Below, one piece after another: positions 25,877-35,510 of a stretch of DNA of 64,000 bases. This DNA comes from Gammaproteobacteria bacterium. GTDB taxonomy: Bacteria > Pseudomonadota > Gammaproteobacteria > Steroidobacterales > Steroidobacteraceae. The stretch spans positions 3,562 through 67,561 of the forward strand of contig JBQTHP010000099.1 of NCBI GenBank assembly GCA_052389755.1, in the 5' to 3' direction. The position numbers and the translations under genes were made by a program. The notes beneath the pieces were generated by a model that had not been told where the DNA came from, did no database searches, and saw nothing but the letters and a program-made list of their open reading frames with translations. Positions within the stretch are counted from its first letter, which is position 1. The number at the start of each line of letters is the position of its first letter.

Positions 25877-27822
25877 TGTGCGGCATCACGGGTATCGTCG
25901 ACCTACTCGATCAGCGCCCGGTGGATGAGCGCGTTCTGAGGGCGATGAACGCCTCGTTGAGCCACCGCGGCCCGGACGGCGACGGCTTTCACATCGAGCC
26001 GGGGGTCGGCTTCGGACATCGCAGGCTCTCGATCATAGACCTCGAAGGTGGCAAGCAGCCGCTCTATAACGAAGACGGAAGCGTCGTCGTCACGTTCAAT
26101 GGCGAGATCTTCAACTTCATGGAGATCGAGAGAGAGTTGCGGCACCGGGGACACGTCTTTCGCACGCGGTGCGACACGGAAGTGATCGTTCACGCGTGGG
26201 AGGAATGGGGCGAGAGTTGCCTGCAGCGATTCAACGGCATGTTCGCCTTCGCGGTATGGGATCGACGCCAGAAAGCCCTGTTCATCGCGCGCGATCGTCT
26301 CGGCGTGAAGCCGCTGCACTATGCCGTGCTGCCCGACGGCCGCCTGGTTTTCGCATCGGAGCTCAAGGCAGTTGTCGCGCATCCCCAGGTCTCCCTCGGC
26401 ATAGATCCTCAGGCCATAGAGGAGTACTTCGCCTTCGGCTACGTTCCGGATCCGAAGACGATCTATCACGCGGTCAGGAAACTCGAGCCGGGTGCGTACC
26501 TGAGCGTGCGGCGGGGAGCGGCGAAGATCGCTCCCGTGCGGTACTGGGACGTGCCGCTCTCGGGCAAGAAGCTTCCGGCGAGCCCGCCGTCGCACTGGGA
26601 GGCGGAGCTTCGCGAGCGGCTGCAGGAATCGGTTCGCAAGCGTCTCATCTCGGACGTGCCGCTGGGCGCCTTCCTTTCCGGAGGCATCGATTCGAGCGCG
26701 GTCGTGGCAATGATGCGCGAGATCGGAGCAAACCGGATTCTCACGTGCTCGATCGGTTTTCGGGAGCCGCAGTTCGACGAGTCGAGCTACGCCGAGATCG
26801 TCGCGCGCGCAAAGAACACCGATCATGAGACCGAGATCGTCGAAGCCTCGGACTTTGGTCTGCTCGAACGGCTGGTGGACCTCTACGACGAGCCCTACGC
26901 CGACAGCTCCGCGATACCGACCTATCGAGTCTGCCAGCTCGCTCGGCGCCACGTGACCGTGGCGCTCTCAGGTGACGGCGGTGATGAGACCTTCATCGGA
27001 TACAGGCGGTACAAGCTCTTCGCGATGGAGCAGTCGGTGCGCGATCGACTTCCGGCATCAGTGAGGCGCGCCATCTTCACGCCGCTGGGACGCTGGTTTC
27101 CAAAGCTTGATTGGGCGCCGCGTTTCCTGCGCGCCAAGACGACATTCCAGGCGCTGGGGCGCGACACGATGGACGCCTACCTTCATGGCGTATCGGTCTG
27201 CTCCGACGAAGACCGCGCGGCTCTTTTCTCCGCCGGGTTCCGCCGAGACCTCCAGGGCTACGATGCGCGTGAGGTGTTCCGTCGTCACCTCGAGGGCAGA
27301 TCGTTCGACGACCCGCTCTCGCTCGTACAATACCTCGACTTCAAGACCTATCTGCCGGGCGACATCCTGACGAAGGTCGATCGCGCGAGCATGGCTCACA
27401 GCCTCGAAGTGCGCACGCCGTTTCTCGACTACGAATTCATCGCGTGGGCTTCGCAGCTGCCCTCCAACGTCAAGCTGCGCGGTGGCGTGGGCAAGCACAT
27501 TCTCAAGGAAGCGCTGCGGCCGCTTCTGCCCGCGGAGATCCTGTTTCGGTCGAAAATGGGTTTTGCCGTACCCATCGATGCGTGGTTCCGCGGATCACTC
27601 AAGTCCAGGGTCGCAGGCGCAATTCGGAGTCCGCACATGCGCGACTCCGGGATCTTCGATACGGATCACCTCGATCGTCTGCTCCGGGAGCACGCGAGTG
27701 GCCGGCGCAACCACAGTATGGTTCTGTGGGCGCTTCTGATGTTCGAGGGATTCATGCGCCGACAAACCGCGCCCGCCGCCCGCCTCGTCGAGACGATGCC
27801 ACCGGCGGCAGTGGCCATCTGA
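25876..27822 (+). CDS. asparagine synthase family amidotransferase, paralog 2 (exosortase A-associated amidotransferase 1-like)
   Basis: MCGITGIVD (Cys2), HRGPDG, SGGIDSSAV. It follows the GT directly (shared A of TGATG-type junction at 25876). Confidence 0.9.
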   Translation: MCGITGIVDLLDQRPVDERVLRAMNASLSHRGPDGDGFHIEPGVGFGHRRLSIIDLEGGKQPLYNEDGSVVVTFNGEIFNFMEIERELRHRGHVFRTRCDTEVIVHAWEEWGESCLQRFNGMFAFAVWDRRQKALFIARDRLGVKPLHYAVLPDGRLVFASELKAVVAHPQVSLGIDPQAIEEYFAFGYVPDPKTIYHAVRKLEPGAYLSVRRGAAKIAPVRYWDVPLSGKKLPASPPSHWEAELRERLQESVRKRLISDVPLGAFLSGGIDSSAVVAMMREIGANRILTCSIGFREPQFDESSYAEIVARAKNTDHETEIVEASDFGLLERLVDLYDEPYADSSAIPTYRVCQLARRHVTVALSGDGGDETFIGYRRYKLFAMEQSVRDRLPASVRRAIFTPLGRWFPKLDWAPRFLRAKTTFQALGRDTMDAYLHGVSVCSDEDRAALFSAGFRRDLQGYDAREVFRRHLEGRSFDDPLSLVQYLDFKTYLPGDILTKVDRASMAHSLEVRTPFLDYEFIAWASQLPSNVKLRGGVGKHILKEALRPLLPAEILFRSKMGFAVPIDAWFRGSLKSRVAGAIRSPHMRDSGIFDTDHLDRLLREHASGRRNHSMVLWALLMFEGFMRRQTAPAARLVETMPPAAVAI

Positions 27823-27834
27823 TCGCATCGACCC

Positions 27835-29049
27835 ATGGTGCGGGTGCTCACCTTTACCAATCTTTATCCCAATCCGGCGCAACCGCGGCATGGGATCTTC
27901 GTCGAGCATCGCCTTCGCAGGCTCGTTGCGACCGGCGGGGTATCGACGAGCGTCGTCTCGCCCGTTCCGTGGTTTCCGCTCAGGCGTGGTCCATTCAGCC
28001 GCTTCCGAACCACTGCGGAAGTCCCCGCGACAGATGAGCGCTACGGCATCCGCATCTGGCATCCGCGCTTTCCGGTCGTGCCCGGATTCAGCGCATGGAT
28101 CAATCCTCTGTCGATGGCTTTGAGCGCTCTACCGACGGTGCTCCGCGTGCGGCGCGAGCACGGAGACTTCGATCTGGTCGATGCTCAGTTCGTATACCCG
28201 GACGGCATCGCTGGCGCGCTCATCGGTGGCTGGCTGGGTAAGCCCGTAGTGATCACGGCACGAGGCTCGGACATCAACGCGGGCGGCCGCAATCGTGTCG
28301 TTCGCGCGTGGATCCGATGGGCGGCTGCCCGCTGTTCGGGCTTCGTCGCCGTGTCGACAGCGTTGAGCGTCGCGTTGGTCGAGATCGGCGTTCCCGGGCA
28401 GCGTGTCACGGTAGTGCGCAACGGCGTAGATCTGGAGTTGTTCCGGCGCCGAGACCGCGAGCTTGTGAGAGCAAGGCTGGGCATCTCCGGGCCGGCGTGG
28501 CTATGCGTGGGCAACCTGGTCGCAGAGAAGGGCCACGAGATCGTGATCGAGGCGCTGGCCGGGCTGAAGAATGAACGACTTATCGTGATCGGATCAGGTC
28601 CGCTGGCCGCCGATCTGCAGAAGTTGGCGCAGAGCAGGGGGGTCGCCGAACGGATTACCTGGATCGCGCACGTGCCTCAGGAATCGCTTCCCGCCTACTA
28701 CGCGGCCGCGGACGTGACGGTGCTTGCTTCGAGCCGCGAGGGGATGCCAAACGTGCTGCTCGAGAGTCTCGCCTGCGGAACACCCGTGATTGCTTCCGCC
28801 GTGGGTGGAATTCCGGAGATAGTTGGCTCGCCCGAGGCGGGCGGATTGATGGACCATAGATCGCCGGGATCGCTCCTCGACGCGTACCGCCGGCTGCGCG
28901 AGGCGCCGCCGGCGGCCGAAGCCGTCCGCGCATATGCGGAGAAATTCGGATGGGATGAGCCCGTCATGCGTCAGCTGCGCCTGTTCGAATCGGTCGTCGC
29001 GTCAGCGCCGGCCTCCCGCGACGGCGCGCATCGCGCGTCCGAGTATTGA
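27835..29049 (+). CDS. glycosyltransferase family 4
   Basis: MVRVLTFTNLYPNPAQPRHGIFVEHR N-terminus and EGMPNVLLESLACGTPVIAS C-terminal GT4 signature. Confidence 0.8.
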   Translation: MVRVLTFTNLYPNPAQPRHGIFVEHRLRRLVATGGVSTSVVSPVPWFPLRRGPFSRFRTTAEVPATDERYGIRIWHPRFPVVPGFSAWINPLSMALSALPTVLRVRREHGDFDLVDAQFVYPDGIAGALIGGWLGKPVVITARGSDINAGGRNRVVRAWIRWAAARCSGFVAVSTALSVALVEIGVPGQRVTVVRNGVDLELFRRRDRELVRARLGISGPAWLCVGNLVAEKGHEIVIEALAGLKNERLIVIGSGPLAADLQKLAQSRGVAERITWIAHVPQESLPAYYAAADVTVLASSREGMPNVLLESLACGTPVIASAVGGIPEIVGSPEAGGLMDHRSPGSLLDAYRRLREAPPAAEAVRAYAEKFGWDEPVMRQLRLFESVVASAPASRDGAHRASEY

Positions 29050-29065
29050 TCGCCTCTGCTTGCCC

Positions 29066-30292
29066 GTGCGCATCCTCCATGTATTCGATCACTCGCTCCC
29101 GGAGCAGAGCGGTTACGCGTTCCGCAGCGCCGCCATCATCCGCGAGCAGCGGCACGTTGGCTGGGAAACCATCCAGTTGACCGGGCCGAAGCAGCAGATT
29201 GCCGCGCAACCACGTGAGTGTGTGGATGGCATCGACTACTACCGGACGCTCGACCACGGATCAGTCCTCGGGCGCGTCCCGGTCCTGAACCAGCTCGACG
29301 TGGTAAGACGCATTCGCGCGCGTCTGCGCGAGATCGTGGCGCTCGCGAAGCCCGACGTCGTTCATGCGCATTCACCGTGCCTCAACGGCCTTGCCGCGCT
29401 TGGACTCGGTACGCCGCTCGTCTACGAGCTCCGTTCGTCGTGGGAAGACGCCGCCGTCAGTTCCGGTACGACGACCGAAGGCAGCTTGCGCCACCGAGCG
29501 TCGCGCGCACTCGAGACTCACGTGCTCAGGCGGGCCGACGCCGTTACGACCATCTGTGAGGGCCTGCGAGAGGAAATCCTGCGTCGCGGGATCGATTCAC
29601 GACGTGTCACGGTGATCCCGAACGGGGTCGATCCGGACGCTCTGGCGGCGCGACGCGCGAGCGGGACAGACGTGCGCGCGAGATTCGGCCTTCAGGAAAA
29701 GTACGTGCTGGGGTTCATCGGCTCGTTCTTCGCGGGGGAGGGTCTCGTGCTGCTGGGCGAGGCGCTTCCGAAGTTCCTCCGATCACGCGCGGACGTGCGC
29801 GTCCTGCTGGCTGGCGCGGGGCCGGACGCGCCGCGCGTGCGGGCCGCCGTCGCGCGGCTGGGCCTCGAGCCGTACGTCGTATTCGCCGGATCGGTGCCGC
29901 ACGATGAAGTGGGTGCGACCTATGACGCTCTCGATATGGTCATCTATCCACGGACGCCGATGCGCCTCACCGAGATCGTGACTCCCCTCAAACCTCTGGA
30001 AGCCATGGCGCTCGGGAAGGTCATCGTTGCATCCGACGTCGGCGGCCATCGCGAGCTCATTCGCGACCGTCTCACCGGCGTATTGTTCCGTGCCGGCGAT
30101 GCGAACGCACTTGCTGCGGCAGTGCTTGCCGTAGCCGGCGACTCGAGGCTGCGGAAGGCGCTTGCGGCCTCCGGGCCACGCTTCGTCCGCGAGCATCGAG
30201 CCTGGTCGAGCCTCGTCAGGAGATACGAGCCTGTCTACCGGCGCGTCATGCACCGTGACGAGCCGGCGGCCGCGGAGCCGGAGCGTCCGTGA
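29066..30292 (+). CDS. PEP-CTERM/exosortase A-associated glycosyltransferase (GT4)
   Basis: VRILHVFDHSLPEQSGYAFRSAAIIREQRHVGWETIQLTGPKQ matches the N-terminal pattern recalled for the Daro_2409-type family. The start is uncertain (GTG 29066 or TTG 29060); the ORF-track start at 28934 overlaps the previous gene. Confidence 0.75.
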   Translation: MRILHVFDHSLPEQSGYAFRSAAIIREQRHVGWETIQLTGPKQQIAAQPRECVDGIDYYRTLDHGSVLGRVPVLNQLDVVRRIRARLREIVALAKPDVVHAHSPCLNGLAALGLGTPLVYELRSSWEDAAVSSGTTTEGSLRHRASRALETHVLRRADAVTTICEGLREEILRRGIDSRRVTVIPNGVDPDALAARRASGTDVRARFGLQEKYVLGFIGSFFAGEGLVLLGEALPKFLRSRADVRVLLAGAGPDAPRVRAAVARLGLEPYVVFAGSVPHDEVGATYDALDMVIYPRTPMRLTEIVTPLKPLEAMALGKVIVASDVGGHRELIRDRLTGVLFRAGDANALAAAVLAVAGDSRLRKALAASGPRFVREHRAWSSLVRRYEPVYRRVMHRDEPAAAEPERP

Positions 30293-31275
30293 ATCCCTTG
30301 TCCGGTGTCGAGGCCGCACTGGTACGCGCCTTTGGCTCGGTCGTCGCGCCCGGCGGAGCGCGTGGTTCTCTGCTCATTCTGATTTTTCACCGAGTCCTTC
30401 CCGTCCCGGATCCGCTGCTGCCCAATGAGCCCGACGCGCGCCTGTTCGCCGCACAGATCGATCTGTTGAGGGAGAATTTCAGGATCCTGCCCCTTTCCGA
30501 GGGCGTAGAGCGATTGTTCTCGGGCAGTCTCCCGCCACGCGCAGCGTGCATTACGCTCGACGACGGCTACGCCAACAATTTCGCGGTAGCCGCTCCCATT
30601 CTTGCGGCTCGCAGGATGCCCGCGACCGTTTTCGTGGCCACCGGCTTCATCGGAAAGACCCGGATGTGGAACGACACGGTCATCGAAGCGGTGCGAAATG
30701 CGGGCGTCGAGCTCGATCTGACGAGTATCGGCCTCGGACGCTACACGCTCCACGACGACGCCGCGCGGCGCGCTGCGATCGATGTGCTTCTGGACGCGCT
30801 CAAGTATCGGGATCCTGCCGAGCGCGCCGCTCGGGCGCTCGCCATCGCCGACCGCGCCGGCGGCGATTTGCCGCAAGACGTGATGATGAACGAGGAGCAG
30901 ATCCGGGCGCTGGCGGGGCGCGGTATCGCCGTCGGCGCGCACACGGTCAGTCATCCGATACTCGCGCGTCTCGATGAGGAGACAGCACGCCGCGAAATCC
31001 TGGAGAGCAGATCGGTGCTGCAGTCCATCACCGGGGCGCCGGTGACCGCGTTCGCGTACCCGAACGGACGACCACTCCGTGACTACGATCGGTTGCACGT
31101 CGAGATCGTGAGGCGTGCGGGGTTCGCCGCGGCGGTCTCGACGGCGTGGGGGGCGGCCGGGCGCGGGGCCGACAGGTTTCAGCTTCCGCGCATGATGGCG
31201 TGGGACCGCTCGGCCCGCAGATTCGCAGCCCGGCTGCTGCGCACGTATCGCGAGCAGCGCACGGCGGCGGCTTGA
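30289..31275 (+). CDS. polysaccharide deacetylase family protein (NodB fold)
   Basis: GTGA overlap with the preceding stop. ITLDDGYANN, TVFV, GAHTVSHP and FAYPNG motifs. Confidence 0.8.
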   Translation: MNPLSGVEAALVRAFGSVVAPGGARGSLLILIFHRVLPVPDPLLPNEPDARLFAAQIDLLRENFRILPLSEGVERLFSGSLPPRAACITLDDGYANNFAVAAPILAARRMPATVFVATGFIGKTRMWNDTVIEAVRNAGVELDLTSIGLGRYTLHDDAARRAAIDVLLDALKYRDPAERAARALAIADRAGGDLPQDVMMNEEQIRALAGRGIAVGAHTVSHPILARLDEETARREILESRSVLQSITGAPVTAFAYPNGRPLRDYDRLHVEIVRRAGFAAAVSTAWGAAGRGADRFQLPRMMAWDRSARRFAARLLRTYREQRTAAA

Positions 31276-31297
31276 GAGGGCAGGCTGGCGGCCGCGA

Positions 31298-33169
31298 TCA
31301 GGGCGCCACGCGGTGCTCCTGAAACCATTGCTCGAGCATCGCGAAGGTCCACACCAGCACGCCGTAATAGCTCGCGTCTTCCTCGCCGTGGAGCTGCCGC
31401 AGTCGATCGATGAACTCCGCGCGGATCACGCGTCGGGCGCGCAGTCCCGCCAGGCTGGTCTCGATCATCTCGGCCAGGCGCGAAGAGCGCTGGAGCCACA
31501 GCCCGAACGGCAGGCCGAAACCATGCTTGGTCTTCTGAATGATCTCCCGGGGCAGGAACGTCGCCATGGACCGCTTGTAGAACGTGCGCAGGTCCGTGCC
31601 GCGCATCTTGAGGCCGGCGGGGACACGGGTCGACAACTCGATCACGTCCCGATGCAGCATCGGATAGGAGACACGAACGCCTGCGAGCTCGCACATCGTT
31701 CCGACCTTGCGCAGATCGTTGTCCGCCAGCGTGAAGCGCCAGTCGTAGTGGAGCATGTGATCGATGAGGGCGACGGCCGGCGACGACGAATACACGCGAC
31801 GCATGTGCTGCAAAGGCGCGCTCGTGTCGATCACGTCGAGCAGATCGGGATGAAGGACCATCTCGGAACCGAGCCGGTGCAGGAAGTTCCAGCTCTCGAG
31901 CCGGTCGGGCAGCGGCGTATTCGCCTGCGCGACGTAGCCGCGCGCCTTGCGTACGAGCCTGTTCGTCAACCGCACCGGCATCCGGTCCAGCATGGGTTCG
32001 AGCAACCGCGTACGGAACAGGCCGGGAACGAGCTTGTAGCGTTCGAACACCATCTGCTCCGCGTACCGCTTGTTCCCCGCGAACAACTCATCACCGCCGT
32101 CGCCCGCCAGCAGGTGTGTCATGCCGCTCTCGCGAGCCAGCCTCGCGCAGCAGTAGGTAGGCAGAGCGGAGGCGTTCCCGAATGGCTCGTCATAGGCGCG
32201 CGCGATACGGGGAAGCAGGTCGACGATGTCGTCGGGGCCCACGGTGTAGTATCGGGCGTCGAACCCGAAGTGCGCGGCGGCAATTCGCGCGTAACGCAGC
32301 TCGTCGTAGTCTTCCAGGCCGAACCCTATGGAAAACGTCCGTGCCGGGCGCGCGGTGACCTTGCTCAGGTAGCCCGCGACGGTCGAGCTGTCGAGCCCGC
32401 CGCTCAGAAACGCTCCGGTGGCATCGTCGGGCTGCGCCGCGCGCACGCCGGCCTCGAGAGCCGCGTGCAAGGAGCGTTCCGGTGCGTCAGAGCCTTTCCG
32501 GCGCGGCTCTGCGAAACGCGGTTGCCAGTACGTCTCCTGCCACAGGCGATCATCCTCGACGAACACTGCTGTGGCAGGCGGGATCTTCTGGGTCGCCTCG
32601 AAGACCGTCTGCGGCGAAGGGATCATGTGAAAGAAGACATAACTGAGAAGCGACTGATGTGCGATCCGCGGCGCCCTGCCGAAAGCGCGCGCGGCGGCTT
32701 CCGCGGACGACGAAAACGTCAGACCCTCATCCGTCCTGCGGAATGCGAGCCGCTCGATGCCCATTCTGTCGACGGCCAGTATGGCGGCACGCGCTGCACC
32801 GTCCATCACCACTACCGCAAAGCTGCCTTGCAGCAGCTCGAGAAAGCGCTTCCCGTGCAACCGGTAAGCTTCGATTACCGCGTGCGCGTGGCTTCGCGCT
32901 CGCGTGATGCGCCCGTCGCTGGTGTCCCATGCCGGCGTTCCCCGTATGACCGCGGCGACGTCGCCGACTCTTGCAACGGAGGGACCGACAAATACCCACG
33001 CATCGCCGGCAAGGACCGGAGGAACCCCCGGGGCGTCGGAAGACAGAGGCTGTCCAGCCGCTTCCGTAAGGTGTCGCTTCGCCGAGGAAGTAAGCCCGGT
33101 TGCCGACGGCGCGCCGATCCAGCCGGACAGACTCAACATTGCATGCAAACCCTCGCGCAAGAGCGGCAT
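31298..33169 (-). CDS. asparagine synthase-related protein lacking the N-terminal Cys nucleophile, paralog 3
   Basis: C-terminal synthetase domain with FLSGGLDSSTV. The N-terminus reads MLSLSGWIG (alternative ATG at 33139) where Cys-type enzymes have MCGIxG. Confidence 0.8.
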   Translation of the reverse strand: MPLLREGLHAMLSLSGWIGAPSATGLTSSAKRHLTEAAGQPLSSDAPGVPPVLAGDAWVFVGPSVARVGDVAAVIRGTPAWDTSDGRITRARSHAHAVIEAYRLHGKRFLELLQGSFAVVVMDGAARAAILAVDRMGIERLAFRRTDEGLTFSSSAEAAARAFGRAPRIAHQSLLSYVFFHMIPSPQTVFEATQKIPPATAVFVEDDRLWQETYWQPRFAEPRRKGSDAPERSLHAALEAGVRAAQPDDATGAFLSGGLDSSTVAGYLSKVTARPARTFSIGFGLEDYDELRYARIAAAHFGFDARYYTVGPDDIVDLLPRIARAYDEPFGNASALPTYCCARLARESGMTHLLAGDGGDELFAGNKRYAEQMVFERYKLVPGLFRTRLLEPMLDRMPVRLTNRLVRKARGYVAQANTPLPDRLESWNFLHRLGSEMVLHPDLLDVIDTSAPLQHMRRVYSSSPAVALIDHMLHYDWRFTLADNDLRKVGTMCELAGVRVSYPMLHRDVIELSTRVPAGLKMRGTDLRTFYKRSMATFLPREIIQKTKHGFGLPFGLWLQRSSRLAEMIETSLAGLRARRVIRAEFIDRLRQLHGEEDASYYGVLVWTFAMLEQWFQEHRVAP

Positions 33170-33268
33170 CCTACAACGCGGGAAGCGACAAAAACCTCGA
33201 CCGAGGTCCGGTCATCCTGGCCGCCCATCGGCTATTCTTACCGAGCTGTCGCAGAAGAACGGAGAACG

Positions 33269-34411
33269 ATGGCAATACTCTTCTGGGTGGCGTTGGCGGC
33301 GATCGGGTACGTCTACGTCGGTTATCCGCTGCTTCTGATGCTCGTTCGCGCGGCGGGCGGCCGCCGCGTGGTGCGGACCGGAGAACACCGTCCGCCTGTT
33401 ACGCTCGTCATTTCTGCCTACAACGAAGCCGGCGTCATCGCCCGGAAGCTTTCGAACAGCCTCGCGCTCGAATATCCGCGCGGTCAGCTCGAGATCATGG
33501 TGGTTTCCGACGCCTCCACGGACGGCACCGACGACTTCGTGGTTCAGGCGGCCTCGCGGCACGTACGGCTGTTGCGCATGCCGGAACGAGGCGGCAAGAC
33601 CGTCGGTATCAACGCAGCGCTTCGCGAGGCCCGTGGTGAAATCATCGTCTTTTCAGATGCGAACGCCATGTATCGGCCGGACGCCATCGCGCAGCTCGTA
33701 CGGAATTTCGCAGACTGCGCGGTCGGAGCCGTCGTCGGCGAATCGAGCTATGTCGACGCCGACGCAGGCGCGGACAAGGAGGAGACGCTTTACTGGCGAT
33801 ACGAGGTGGCAATCAAGAGTCTGGAATCCGCGATCGGGTCGGTCGTAGGCGGAGACGGGGCCATCTACGCTATCCGGAAGCAGCTGTATCGCGACATGGC
33901 GCCGGACGCGCTTTCCGACTTCGTCAACCCCCTGCAGATAGTGCAATCAGGATATCGCTGCGTGTACGAGCCGCTCGCCCGCTCGGTGGAGAGCGCGACT
34001 GGCGACTTCACGAAAGAGTATCGACGCAAGGTGCGCATCGTGAACCGGGGCTGGCGGGCATTGATTTCGATGAAGGCGCTCCTCAATCCCTTCAGGTTCG
34101 GATTCTTCTCCGTTCAGATCGCCTCTCACAAGTTGCTCAGGTGGCTCACGCCGATCTTTCTCGTCGCATTCTTCTGCGCGAATCTGCTCCTCGTGGGCAG
34201 GGGCGCGATCTACGACGTGGCCTTCACCTTGCAGCTCGGGCTGTACGCTCTCGCGTACGCAGGATACGTTCTGCGCAGACGGGCAAGACTGCCACGCCTC
34301 GTCGCCTTTCCCTTCTATTTCGTGATGGTCAATGCCGCCAGCGCGCGGGGCATCATCGGGGCGTTTCTGGGAGAAACTTATACGACGTGGGCGACGGTTC
34401 GCGTCAGATGA
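33269..34411 (+). CDS. glycosyltransferase family 2 (membrane-anchored, processive-type architecture)
   Basis: GGAGAA precedes the ATG at 33269. N-terminal TM, then VTLVISAYNEAGVI, VVSDASTDGTDD, FSDANA and C-terminal TM helices. The upstream 650 codons of the 1032-aa ORF are antisense to the AsnB-like gene. Confidence 0.85.
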   Translation: MAILFWVALAAIGYVYVGYPLLLMLVRAAGGRRVVRTGEHRPPVTLVISAYNEAGVIARKLSNSLALEYPRGQLEIMVVSDASTDGTDDFVVQAASRHVRLLRMPERGGKTVGINAALREARGEIIVFSDANAMYRPDAIAQLVRNFADCAVGAVVGESSYVDADAGADKEETLYWRYEVAIKSLESAIGSVVGGDGAIYAIRKQLYRDMAPDALSDFVNPLQIVQSGYRCVYEPLARSVESATGDFTKEYRRKVRIVNRGWRALISMKALLNPFRFGFFSVQIASHKLLRWLTPIFLVAFFCANLLLVGRGAIYDVAFTLQLGLYALAYAGYVLRRRARLPRLVAFPFYFVMVNAASARGIIGAFLGETYTTWATVRVR

Positions 34412-34436
34412 ACCTTGGGCAGGGGCCGACACATCC

Positions 34437-34688
34437 ATGAACGATATTGACAGAGTTCGGAACGTCTTGCGTGACGCGTTACAGCTGGGTCCACGTGCCG
34501 ACACGCTGGTCGAGCAGAGCCCGCTGCTCGGAGCCATTCCGGAACTGGACTCCATGGCGGTCGTAAACGTGATCACCATGATAGAAGACGAGTTCGGCAT
34601 CGTCGTCGAAGATGAAGACGTCTCGGCGGACATGTTCGAAACCATCGGTTCACTGACAGCTTACGTTGCCAGGAAGGCAAATCGCTGA
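34437..34688 (+). CDS. acyl carrier protein (exosortase A locus type)
   Basis: 83 aa and acidic, with phosphopantetheine-site context LGAIPELDSMAVVNVI. Confidence 0.8.
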   Translation: MNDIDRVRNVLRDALQLGPRADTLVEQSPLLGAIPELDSMAVVNVITMIEDEFGIVVEDEDVSADMFETIGSLTAYVARKANR

Positions 34689-34697
34689 GGCGCGCCG

Positions 34698-35510
34698 ATG
34701 ATCGCGTCTCGTTTCCTCGAGGGTCGACGTGGGCGGATCTTCGCGGTGATGCACCGGCCGGCAACAGGATCGGGTCGCGGGGTACTCGTCGTGCCCCCGT
34801 TCGCCGAGGAGATGAACAAGTCGCGACCGATGATTCGCGATGTGGCGCGCGAGCTCCTGAAGCACGGCGTCGCCACCGTCGTCCCGGACTTGTTCGGAAC
34901 CGGCGACAGCGAGGGAGAGTTTTGCGACGCGGATTGGCAGGTCTGGAAGGCCGACCTGCAGACGGCGGCTGTCTGGGCGAGACGAGAAGGTTGGCCGATC
35001 TCGGCTTTGCTCTGCGTGCGTCTCGGATGCGCCCTCGGCGCGGCGGCGGCGCGCGATTCGCTTCCCGGGATAGAGTGCACCGTATTCTGGCAGGCCGTTA
35101 CGAGCGGGCCGTCTTTCCTCGCCCAGTTTCTGCGCCTGCGCGTTGCTGCCTCCATCGGCGATGACCAGAGGAAAACCGTCAACGAACTCAGGGAGCAACT
35201 GTCCGCTGGTCAGGCACTCGAGGTGGCGGGATACGAACTGACTCCACGTCTCGCAGTGCAGCTCGAGCAGGTGCGGCTTGCCGACGTCCTCGGCCCGCAG
35301 TTGGGACAACTGCACTGGATGGACGTGGTGAGGCGCTCGGAGTCCGAGCTGTCGACTTCGGCACGGGAGGCGATCTCATCGGCGAAGTCCGCTTCCGTTC
35401 CGGTCACTGCCTGCCCGGTAGTGGGAGAGCCATTCTGGTCGTCGACCGAAATCGTCCGCGTTCCGGCGCTCGCAGATCGGACAGTTCGAGCGTTGGTGTC
35501 GAGTTCGTGA
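34698..35510 (+). CDS. alpha/beta hydrolase 2, exosortase A system-associated
   Basis: GRIFAVMHRP...VLVVPPFAEEMNKSR...PDLFGTGDSEGEF resembles TIGR03101-type hydrolase 2. It is adjacent to its usual paralog. Confidence 0.8.
   Translation: MIASRFLEGRRGRIFAVMHRPATGSGRGVLVVPPFAEEMNKSRPMIRDVARELLKHGVATVVPDLFGTGDSEGEFCDADWQVWKADLQTAAVWARREGWPISALLCVRLGCALGAAAARDSLPGIECTVFWQAVTSGPSFLAQFLRLRVAASIGDDQRKTVNELREQLSAGQALEVAGYELTPRLAVQLEQVRLADVLGPQLGQLHWMDVVRRSESELSTSAREAISSAKSASVPVTACPVVGEPFWSSTEIVRVPALADRTVRALVSSS

Noticed and set aside
33218-33233. TGGCCGCCCATCGGCT upstream of the GT2 gene
   Set aside because: Only TGGC and GCT match. The -12 TTGC and the -24 CACG are missing, so it is too weak to call a sigma-54 promoter.
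31313-33268. First ~650 codons of the 1032-aa plus-strand ORF
   Set aside because: It is antisense to the AsnB-like gene (31298-33169), which has clear synthetase motifs. The GT2 portion has its own SD and ATG at 33269.
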